The position numbers and the translations under genes were made by a program. From Camelus ferus (lineage: Eukaryota): a DNA stretch of 64,000 nt. Below the pieces are notes generated by a model. That model worked only from the letters and a program-made list of their open reading frames with translations. It searched no databases and was not told the DNA's origin. The stretch is taken from NCBI RefSeq assembly GCF_009834535.1, contig NC_045697.1:5024001-5088000 (forward strand), in the 5' to 3' direction. Of this stretch, positions 40,188-50,990 are shown one piece after another; the stretch's first letter is position 1; each line of letters opens with the position of its first letter.

Positions 40188-42129
40188 ATCTCTCTGGCAC
40201 TGTGGCTTAAGGATTATCAGTTATCTATTGTGGTCCTTAAGGAGTTTATTTATTTACCTATCTAAAGCCTATGCGGGAATAAAACTTTAAAAAAGAGAGA
40301 GAGAGAATTTTAAAAGAATGGAGGAAAAAAAGGTTTGAAAACAGTGTACAATCAATAATAGAAGAGCAAGTTGAAGAGCAAGTTGAAGTAGAATAGCAAC
40401 TGAGTTGAGACATCTTTTAAAAACCTTTAAAAAAGGAGAAAAGATCAGAAAACAATACTTGAGACCTACGTATAATCAATAACAGGAGATCAAAACCAAG
40501 AGAAATAAAAATGAAACGAGGTGGATTTTTAAAAGTAATAAAAATAAAAATATTTTAAAAGAAAAATTTTAAGGGATTAATACTGGAGACATACATTGTT
40601 TACAAAGTAAATTTTTAAAAGGTAATAGAAAATAAAACAGATAAAAAAAATTAAAAAAAAAAAAAAAAAGGATGTGTTCTCCTGGTGACTGTGCGCCTTA
40701 ATGTTTTATCGAGAAGTCTTTCTGTCTTAGCCCTGTTTCCCGAACTCAGCTTGCTGTTTCCAGAGGCCCTCCATTGGTGCCCTGGTCTGTGCTGCTCCCA
40801 GTGGCTGTCGGCAAGCAGATCGCGCCCCTTCCCAACACTGGGTCAGGTGCTGCTCTCCTTCATGGTGGGTGGGTGGGTCATTCCCCCTCCTGATACCACA
40901 GTCATGCTGCGCTGGGGGGAGGCAGGCGGGTGGATCACGCCCCCTTCCAGCACCACGGTCAGGTGCTGAGTTCCTGCCAGGATGGCAGGTGGCTGCCCAC
41001 CCTCTCCCGGCGCCTGTCGCTCCGCTGCTCTGTGCAGCTGCGCGCTCTGCTTCGGGTGGGCGCTCCGAAGGCGGGCTCGGGGAAGACTGCAGAACGGCCC
41101 CGCCCCTGCTCTGGGCCAAATCTCAGTTCCTTGTTTGTCTTGGCAGCTCAAGTTCTCTGAGGTGCCAGGGCAGAAAGATCCTATCTGCCTGGGGCTGTAA
41201 ACATGTCTCAGTCCTGCCTAGGAGGTTGCGGAGCCCCCGGGTGCGGATTCAGGGCTTGGCCCCACCCCCGCCGCAGCACTGCGCACAGGAAGAGATGACG
41301 GCTGTGGCTGCGCCCTGCCTCTCTTCTCGGGGGAAGTGGCAGTAATGGCGCCACGGGTCTGAGGAGACAAAGGCTATGGCGCCCCTCCCCCCAGGGCACA
41401 CCAGCAGTGTTGCTTTGCTTTTTCCCCGTAATTTATGGGGGGCCCAGGTTGTTCTGCTCTGTATCCCCTCCCAACCACGGCACGCAGCACCCTGCAGTCC
41501 CCCCGGGCTGCCTCAGTGCAGCCACCTCAGTCCTCCACTTGGCTTGGGCAGCCTGTCCCGGCCCCCAGCTGCCTGCTCGTGTATCAGGCTGGGTGTCGCA
41601 GGGACCCTTTGTGCCCATTTAACTTGGTTCTGTCGGTCAAGGGGTTTTCCATACAGATCCAAGCCTCAGAGGCTCCCCCTCTGGTCCTGCACTGTTTTGC
41701 CTTTTCTTCTTTCTTTTTCCCTTTCCTCCTACCAGATTTTTGGTGTTTTTGTCTTTCAAAGAGGGCGAGGTTCTGTTGGAGTTCGGCAGGTGCTCTGGTT
41801 GGCTGAGTGGGTCCGTAGATGTGAATTTTGGTGTATTTGTGGGAGAGGGTGAGCTACGAGCGTCCTTCTACTCCACCATTTAGCTTCTCTCCAGCAATTT
41901 TTGCTTCATGTATTTTTCAGTCTTATATCAGCATACAAATTCAGAAATGATAATTTTTCTTACTTATCATTTTGTAGTTATTCTCATAATCCTGAATTTT
42001 TTTTTTTGCTGTGACATCAATTTTATCCTATGTTCTTTTCCTGGTCTACCTTTTTACAACTCATTATGTAAAGTTTTTCACTATCTTCATGCTTTTTGCT
42101 GTGACTTTTGTAAACAGGCTATATATAGG

Positions 42130-42267
42130 TTTTGTTATTGAAGTATAGTCAGTTACTATGTGTCAGTTTCTGGTGTACAGCATAATGTCCCAGTCATACA
42201 TATACACACATATATTTGTTTTCATATTTTTTTCATTAAAGGTAATTACAAGAAATTTAATATAGTC
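42130..42267 (-). mobile_element. Short L1 3' end fragment
   Basis: 'ttattgaagtatagtcagttac...gtttctggtgtacagcataatg...ttacaagaaatttaatatag'. Confidence 0.8.
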
Positions 42268-42429
42268 AGAAAGCACTGTACACAAAGATTACAATAATTC
42301 AAAATATATCAGTTGCTGTACGTATAAACATATTGAATTTACTAGAGTATCCAACTCTCAGTTTGGATATTTTTAAAATCTTTATATAAATAATCTTTGT
42401 AATCTTCGTGTACAGTGCTTTCTGTCTAT
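42262..42429. repeat. Inverted repeat with 33-bp arms (2 mismatches) and a 102-bp spacer
   Basis: 42262-42294 atagtcagaaagcactgtacacaaagattacaa versus the reverse complement of 42397-42429, atagacagaaagcactgtacacgaagattacaa. Confidence 0.93.
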
Positions 42430-42889
42430 GATGCTTTTTTCTTTCTCCCCCTTCATACCTGCTTTCAGGTAAGTTGATTAAGTTTCTTCAGTTCTGCTCT
42501 TGGCTATGTATTCTATTTCTAAACTTTTAGTCCTTACATTTAAATTTTAACATCTATACCTTACTTACAAGGCATTGAACAGTATTTCTACTTTCTTTTT
42601 TAAAAACATACAAGTAGTATTTTACTATGATCACCCCTTCTTTTTATCCTTTATGTTATTGTTACCTAGTGTATTTTAAATCTGGTTTTTAGAATTAAAT
42701 TTTATTTATCTTAATCTTGTTCAATTTTTTTGTCATTTAAAAATATTTTGAATAAGAACTAATATATATATAATATACACACACACACACATACACACAT
42801 ATACATATAAAACATGTGTACCTGTGGTTTGTAATTAATAATTAAATACACTCTATAGCCACTATGTAACTTAGTAAACAGAACCTGAC

Positions 42890-45611
42890 TCTGGGAAGGC
42901 AGTGGAGTAGGAAGCACCAGGAATCTCTAGTCCCATCTGGACAACAACTGCACTGGCAGAATCTGTCTGATATAATTATTCTGTAAGTCTGGAGTCTGAT
43001 GAGGGCTTACAACTTCCAAGGAAAGGTTTGGATGCTAAATTGAAGTTAATTGTGGTCAATTTCAGCTCTTAGTACAGTGGTAGCTACCCATCCCTCACCC
43101 TCAGCCCCAGAGCAGGCAGCTGCGCATGTGTTCCAGGAGCAGCTGGCACATAGCTGGTAGGAGTTGGGGCAGGGGGTTGCCAAAAGGACGCAGTCTTCCA
43201 GATAGTGAAGATCTGTGATCTGATTGCTAATTGCTGCTTCTGATCACAGAGGTGCAGACAAAGAGGTGGGTGGCCATTGTTGCACCTCCCCCAATTGTTG
43301 TGAGCCCCTTCCCCTATAGGCTGAAGGGATTTTTAGGGGAATTAAAGGGCCAATGCCCATTCCCCGCAACCCCTGCTTCATTTTTTTTTTCTTTTTCTCT
43401 TTTGGAGCCAGACATTAAAGACTAGTATGTTTAAAACCACATATGTGGGGAAAATTAGAAAGTCACCATGCATGCACAGGAAAAAGCTCAGGCTCAGAAA
43501 AAGAACTTGAGAAGACCTTAAGTTTATACCTCAGGCTGATCCTTGGCACAGAGACAATGTACAATGGCAAAAACAAAACCAAAAACAAAAACAAAAAGCA
43601 GCAAATCCTGAGCAAGGAAAAGAATCTAATTCCAGAGTTACCATATTATTAGATTCAAATATCTAGCTTTCAACAACAAAATCACAATACACACAAAGAA
43701 ACAGGAAAGTATGGCCCATTCTAAGGAAAAAAAAATAAACCAACAGAAACTATCCCTGTAAAAAGAGCTGATGGCAGATTTACTAGACAAACACTTTGAA
43801 ATAATGGTCTTAGAGATGTTCAAAGAACTAAGGGAAAATATGGAGAAAGTCAAGAGAATAATATATGAACAAAATGGAAATAACAAGAAAGAAGTAGCAA
43901 ATCTAAGGAAAAAAACTCAAAAAGATATTCTGCAGCTGAAAAGTATAACTAAAACGAAAACTCACTAAAGAGATTCAAAGGCAGGTTTCAATATGCAGAA
44001 TAAAGAATCAAGCAAACTTGAAGATAGACAGTGGAAATTATTGAGGCTGAGGAAAAAAAAGAGTTGAAGAAAAGCAAACAGAGCATCAGGGACCTGTGAG
44101 ACACCTTCAGGTAGAGGGATATACACATCATAGGAGTCTTTGAAAGACAAGAGGGAAAGAGGCAGAGAGAATATTTGACTATATAATGGCTGAAAACTCC
44201 CCAAATTTGACCAAACACACGAATATAAACATCCAAGAAGCTCAATGAACTCCAGTAGGATGACCTCAAAGAGACACACACTGAGACACATTACCAGCTG
44301 TGAGAAACAAAGACAAAGAGAGAAACTTGAAAGCAGTGAGAGGCAACTTGTTACACACAAGGGATCCTCAATAAGAGTATCTTCAGATTTCTCATCGTCA
44401 GCTTTGGAAGCCAGAAGTCAGAGGGCTGATACACTCAAAGTCATCAGGAAAAAACAAACCAAAAAAACCTGTCAACCAAGAATCCTATATCCAGCAGTCT
44501 TTCAAAAGTGAGTGAGGAAATAAGACATTCCCAGATAAACAAAAGCTGATGGCATTCATTACCTCTAGACCTTTCCTGTAGAAAGTGCTCAAGGGAGTCC
44601 TGCAGTTTGAAACAAAAGGACACTGGACAGTAACTTGAAGCCATAGGAAGGACTACAGATCTCAATGAAGGTGGATACTTGGGCAAGTACAAAAGCTAGT
44701 ATTGTTATAACAAGTGTGTAACCCCATTTTTCATTTTCTATAAGATTTAAGAGATTAGTAATTTTTTAAAAAGCAATGATTAATCTAAAGTTAGTATTAT
44801 AACTTTTGTTTGTAACCCCATGTTTTGCTTGCTACCTAATTTAAGAGAACAACATATTTTAAAAATATTAGTTAATATTCTTAGACACACAATGGGTAAA
44901 GATGCAATTTTGGGGCATCAGCACCTGAAAGGAGTGGGAATGGAGGTGTAATGGAGCAGAGTTCCTGGTGTGTTATTTAAGTTAAACTGGTATAAATCCA
45001 AATTAGAGTGTTCTAATCATAGGATGTTAAATTTAACCCCCCATGGCAACCACAAAGAAAACAGCTACAGAACACACACAAGAGGAATAAGACAGGAACC
45101 TTGAACATCTCACCACAAAAAATTAAACACAAAGGAAGACAGCAATGAAAGAAATGAGCAGACAAAAAGCTCTAAGGTATGAAAACACATAGAAAAATGA
45201 CAGAATGGAGGACCACCTTGTTAGTCAGCCTTAAAAAGGAAGGAAATTCTGATTTATGTTACAATGTGGATGAACCTTGAAGACATTACGCTAAAGTGTG
45301 AAATAAGCCAGTCAGCCAAAAGTCAAATACCCTATGATTCTGCTTTTAGGAGATACTTAGATTGGTCAAACATAGAGACAGAAAGAAGAATGGTAGTTCC
45401 AGGGATTGGGGGAGGGGGCAATGGGAGTTGTTATTTAATGGGTATAGATTTTCAGTTTTGCAGGATGGAAAGAGTTCTGGAGATGGACGGGGTGATGACT
45501 GCACAACTATATGAATGTACTTAATACCACTGAACTGTTACACGTCATCATGCTTACAGTGGCAAATTTTTATATACGTATTTTGCCACAATAAAACAAA
45601 TTTTAAAAAAT
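42890..45611 (+). mobile_element. Ancient L1MB-like element: 5'UTR, ORF1, inter-ORF region and 3'UTR with ORF2 absent; 11-bp TSD
   Basis: ORF1 remnants ('MFKELRENMEK', 'HKGSSIRVSSDFSSSALEAR', 'CQPRILYP'). Apparent ORF2 ATG at 45197 joined within ~30 nt to 3'-end 'tcagccttaaaaaggaaggaaattctg'. TSD cagaa(c/t)ctgac at 42879-42889 and 45612-45622. Confidence 0.8.
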
Positions 45612-48600
45612 CAGAATCTGACCAACAGCACCTAGGTCTTTGCATACCTCTCTTCAGTTACATCCTCCTCCATCCCCCAGATGGAACCACTATCTTTTTA
45701 CTTTTTATTTATCCTTGTCTTACTATTTTATAGATTTAGTACAGTTGCGCATGTACCTAATATGTGTTGCTTGGTTTAGCAGAATTTAAAATGTATACAG
45801 TGGTGTTTCTTATACAGCAGTACTTCTCTGTAACAATACTGGTAATACGTAGTCAAGACCCAGCCCTGGTGAGGCGTATACTTGAGATTTAAAATTCACA
45901 TGTGAAATTTTTTTTTCTTTCCAGAGCCCATCAGAGACTTCCTTGTTGTCTCCTTTGCTCATGGACAGATTTTTTTTCCTGGTTGACTTCTCAATGATGG
46001 CACAACCTTCAGAAGGTTCCCAGTTTATGTGGAAGACTCAGTTCATACTCCCTGTCTCGCATTTGCCCACGGTCTAATCTTCTACCCCTGTGGGTGCTGA
46101 ACCCCAAGTCCCAGTGGAACTGAGACCAGTGTCCCCACCTGCCCCTGGGCAGCTGTAGTGCCAGCTCACATCTTTCATGCTCTGGTTGTCAGTGGCTGCC
46201 TTATTCCTCACACGTGAAAATTTTCATTTCTTTCAAATTAAGTTCTGTACTTAAAATAATTTTTAAAATCCGTTTTGTCCTGCGTTTCTCAGTGTTTTTA
46301 TTGGGAGGCTTTTCATGTCCTTTATTAGTGCATTGCCTTGCCTTAAGGAGAGACCGCCATGCCATCTTGAACAGCAGCCTTTTTTCTGGTCACTCACCAC
46401 CCCTGGGACCCTTTGTCAGTCACCTCATCTGCCTCATCACTGGCCCGCAGCAAGCAGGCACTGCAAAGTGTGGCTTCTTGATCAGTCTTTCTCATGCAGG
46501 GCATCCTAGAGACGGTGGATATGTGGCAGGGTGTCACATCAAGCTTAGAAACAGTCCCTAGGTCACTCACTCATTAACTCACTGAAGAAACAATTAAAGA
46601 ATACCTCAGTGACGGGCAAGGCTTAGTGTGGCCAGAAATACTTTTATTGATGGTGAAAGAAATGTTAAAAAGGCCCCAATTACAGGTTGTCCATACCATA
46701 CCATCTTTAAAAATCTGTCTGTGCATCCTTTTCAAATATGAAAGGATAAATACAATTTAAAAGCTCCTAAATAATTTGGCCATCTGAACACTAAAAGACC
46801 ATATATGGGTGCAGCTACAGAGATATAAACTATGAGGTGCAGCCCTTTATATCATTTTTTTTTTGAGTGAGTAAAACACCTCCCTTTAATTTTCACATCA
46901 CAGCCATGGAGGCAGGTGGAAACAGATTTATCCACTCGCTACAAATGGAGGCAATGGGTCTGAGAGCGCACTTATAAGTAAAGGAAGAATCAGGCTTCAG
47001 TGTCTTGACATCTGTGTTAGCTGATCCACTGGCACTGAACTAAAATTGCCTCTGATTGTGTTGCTCTAAGTCTTCTACGGCAATTTTAAGAGAAAGAATT
47101 GGCTGAGTAAGAAAAAAATGCTCCAGACAGCTTTCTTGTTCTAGAAATGACTTATTCTTTAATAGTTCCTCCACTGCCCTGTACTGAAAATTACAAGGGA
47201 GATTCACACTTGCACAAATAATGATTCAAATGAAGTCGGCATGTTGAAGTCCATCCTGCCCAGATGGGCACTGAGTCTCTGCCCTCTGCCATCTGCAACA
47301 CAACCGTCCTGTAGTGCAGAACTGAACATGCTTGCTATACTCTATCTTTAAAAAGAAACAACAAACAAGGACAAAAGCAAACAAACCTGTCTGGCTCTCG
47401 AATGCTCCTTGTTTACTACAAGGATTTGGAATGGGGGAGAACAAACTCAGTGAGAGAAGGATCATCTGGAGCAATCCAAAGTCTGGCACTCATACTCACT
47501 GGGAACTAGTCCAAACGAATGGCAATTAAACACGTATTTATAGAGTACCCTCCATATGAGTCAATCAGTGAGGGAAGTGGAAAACCCCACAGGCTCCTGC
47601 TCTCACTGTGAGGCCACGTGGTTCTGCAGAAAAACACCAGAGCTGGGGATCTGGACATAGCAGAGGTGGAGACCACGTGCCACCACGTGCCAGCTGTGCC
47701 TCTCCGGGGAAGTGTTTCAAGTCTTTGAGCTGCACTTCCTTTCTTTGTGATACGATTACTGTAAAAATAATAGCACATCGCTAAGTATATGAGAAGATGC
47801 ATGGGGAAGTAGTTTGAGAAATAGATGCAACCCCTATTCCATTAAAATAATACATGAAAGGGAAAAATCTGCCTGTCTTTTAAGACGTTTTGTTTTCTTC
47901 TCAGCAAAGAAGCTGTTACATGATGTACAACAATCCTTTCAGTGAATTCCTCCAAGATTTGACATCAGAGACCCTGGAAACATCAAATTCTCTGCCTTCA
48001 AGGGGCAGCCCAGAGGATGTACTTGCAATGGATCCTTTGCTTGGCAAGGGCGGTGTATCGAGAGAGGGGCCCTCGCTGAACTCCCCAAGGTAGGATGTGC
48101 ATTCTAATAAGTCTGTATACTTTTTAAAGGAATCAAAAGTTGATAAAAATTCCTTTCGAATATGAGCTGTGTTCTCACTTTGTTCTTAGGTGAAAAGAGA
48201 TGCTTTGGGGTACGTACAACAGACGATAGAAGTGACGTGCTGGGGCATCTGGAAGCGTAGGGGAGACTGATGCGTGGCTGAAAAGTAGGTTCTGTTTAAA
48301 ATGCTGAAAATTCTTCACGAGGTTCTCCCTGACTTCTCAAGTGTGGGCCCTGCCTTTTCTTCAAGCCCACCTTTCTCCTCACCCCACCAATGACCCGGGT
48401 CCCAGCCGTGCTCAAAGTGAACAGCTCAGTGGTGCTTCTTCCCAAGGCGGCTCGCCCAGAACATCTCAACTCAGCCCTAAAGCCCCATTCATCCCTCCAC
48501 GCATTCGTCCAACATTTCCAAAGCACCTACTGGACAGCAACTGCTGCAGAAACTGATGAGTATACAATGGTAACAGTCACAGAGACGACATCGTAGCTAC

Positions 48601-49029
48601 AGTGAGTTAGCAAGGGAAGGATTCGTGGAGGGTTTGCAGGGATGGCAAAGTGGCAAAGCAATCTTGGGAGCGAGTGCACCTCCTCCGAGAAGCCTTTTTC
48701 TCATTCCCCTCCCACCCAGACATGAAGAGAGTCAGAGAGCACCAGACAGGAACCACAGGAAGAAGATATCTGCATCAACGTTGATTAGTGGCAGTTTTAA
48801 ATAAAATGAAAACAACAGACTCTTGAAATCATGGCTAAACATAATTATCATAAAATATGATGACAAACTGGAGCAGAATCAGTTCACTCTCATGATAATG
48901 AAAGAACACGAAGGTTAGACAGGCAGTGACTAAGGTGAAACCACGTCACTATTTAATGTTACATAATCGGTGTATTTGTTTTACCTGAATATAGTCCACC
49001 CCCTCCCATTAGAAGGTTACCCATGAGAA

Positions 49030-50250
49030 CAGAGGTCTTGTCAAAAACCAACTGACCATATACTTGTGTATCTATTTTTGGACTTTCTATTCTATTCCAT
49101 TGATTTGTCTGTGTTGATACCAACACAGTGTGTCTTGATTCCTGTATATTTGTAAGTCTTGAAATTAGTTTTGTAACTATGCTCTTAATTTTTAAAGTTG
49201 TCTTGGCTATCCTAGGTGCCTTCCATTTCCACATATATTTTAGAAGCAGTTTGTCAATTTCTACCTAAGAGCTTGCTGAGGTTTTGACTGAGATTGTGTT
49301 GAATCTGTGGATCCATTTGGCAAGAATTGACACCTTGGCAATACCGAGTTTTAAGACCCATGAGCAAGATCTATCTCACCATATATTTTTAGTCTTCTTC
49401 AGCAATGTTTTGTGGTGTTGGATGTATATGTCTTTTACATGTTTATTCAGATTTATCCCTAAGTATTTCATATTTTTGATACTATTATAACTGGTATTTA
49501 AAAATTTTTTAATTTCTAAATGTTTGCTGCTAATATATAGAAATACGATACATTTTTAATTGATCTTGTCTGGAAGGATCCCTACTAAGTTCACCTATTA
49601 GGTCTAGTAACTTTTATGTCGATTCTATCAAATTTTTGATATAAACAACATAATCTGTCACTTGCAAATTAAGAGTTGTTTTCAATCTTTCCAATCTGAA
49701 TGCTTTCTATTTCTTTTTCTTGCCTTATTGCACTGGCTAAAACCTCCAGTATAATGTTTAATGTAAGTAGTGAGAGTAGATATTCTTGTCTTGTTCCACA
49801 TTTTAGGGGGAAACATTCAATTATTCTCCATTAAATACAATATCTATAGATTTTCTGTATATGCCCTTTTTGGAGGTTGAGGAAGTTCCCTTATACTCCA
49901 AAGTTGTTAAAAGTTTTGTTTGTTTGCTTGCTTTTTTTTTTTTTTTTTAACCAGGAATGGATGTTGGATATTGTTAAATGCTGTTTCTGCATTTCCTTTT
50001 CAGCATTCTTATATGGTGAGTTATATTGGTTGCTTTTCAAATGTTAAACCAATTTGGAATCCCTGGGATAAATATCACTTGGAAATTAGGTATTACCATT
50101 TTATGTATTACTGAATTTGATTTTCTAAAATTTTAAAATAATTTTTGCATCAGCATTCCTGAGAGACATTGGTCTGCAATTTTCTTTTCTTGTAATGTCT
50201 TTGTCTGGTTTTCACAACAAGGTAATGTTAGACTCAAAGACCAAACTGGG
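49030..50250 (-). mobile_element. Ancient L1M ORF2 C-terminal fragment
   Basis: ORF track 48959-49234 (-) 'WKWKAPRIAKTTLK...QWNRIESPKIDTQVYGQLVFDK' is L1 ORF2. Confidence 0.85.
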
Positions 50251-50579
50251 GAATATTCCCTCTACTGGTATGTCTTCAAGTTCACTAACCATTCTTCCTG
50301 CAATGTCTAATGTGATATTAATTCTATTCAGTATATTTACAACACAAACAGTTTAGTTTTCAATTCTAGAAGTTTGATTCAGGTCTTTTTCTTTTTATAT
50401 TTTCCCTGTCTCCACTTTGAACTTATGGAATACAGTTACAATAACTTTTAAGGTCCTTGTATGTTTCCTATAATTTTTCCTTTCTTTGGTTGTTTCAGGC
50501 AGGAAGATAAATTTGGTCTCTCTCACTCTATCTTGGTCAGAAGTAGGAGACTTTATCCTGCATTCTGGATGGAATTCAT

Positions 50580-50990
50580 GACTATGGAATGTTCTAGGTG
50601 CTAGGAATGTATAGTGAACAGGATAGAAGGACCTCTGCTCTCATGACTTTAGTCTAGTGGGGGATGACAGCCAACTAACATAAAGCAAAAAAAAAATACA
50701 TAAATGAGACAATTTTAGATAGTGTTAGGCAAATGAGAGTGATCAACAGGGACTGAAAAGGATCTTACAGAGACTGGTCAGGGAATGCATCTCTGAGGAG
50801 GAGGGGATCATGCAGAGGTCCTGGGGAAAGGCACTGCAGGCAGAGAGATTCAAGTACAAAGACCTGAGCGGGGAGTGAGCTCAGCACACTGCAGTGCAGA
50901 ATGAGAGCCGGAGTGACTGGCAAGCAGCAATAGAGAGAAAGGTAGGCAGGGGCCAGATCAGATAGCGTCTTATACGTCAGAGGCGAGGTG
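50580..50990 (-). mobile_element. L2 LINE fragment
   Basis: 'gttctaggtgctaggaatgtatagtgaacagg...ctctgctctcatgac...tctagtgggg' and 'ggtcagggaatgcatctctgaggagg'. Confidence 0.75.

Larger units (their letters stand above)
38264..41889 (-). mobile_element. Lineage-specific L1 with full 5'UTR, ORF1 and 3' end but most of ORF2 deleted; 13-bp TSD
   Basis: 5' start 'gagaagctaaatggtggagtagaaggacgctcgtagctc', GC-rich 5'UTR, ORF1, inter-ORF spacer, then the ORF2 start joined directly to the 3' end. TSD tccagcaattttt at 38251-38263 and 41890-41902. Confidence 0.93.

Noticed and set aside
40685..41852. Cluster of 100-158 aa ORFs and CpG richness read as a host gene or CpG-island promoter
   Set aside because: The region lies wholly within the L1 5'UTR, and high GC explains the lack of stop codons.
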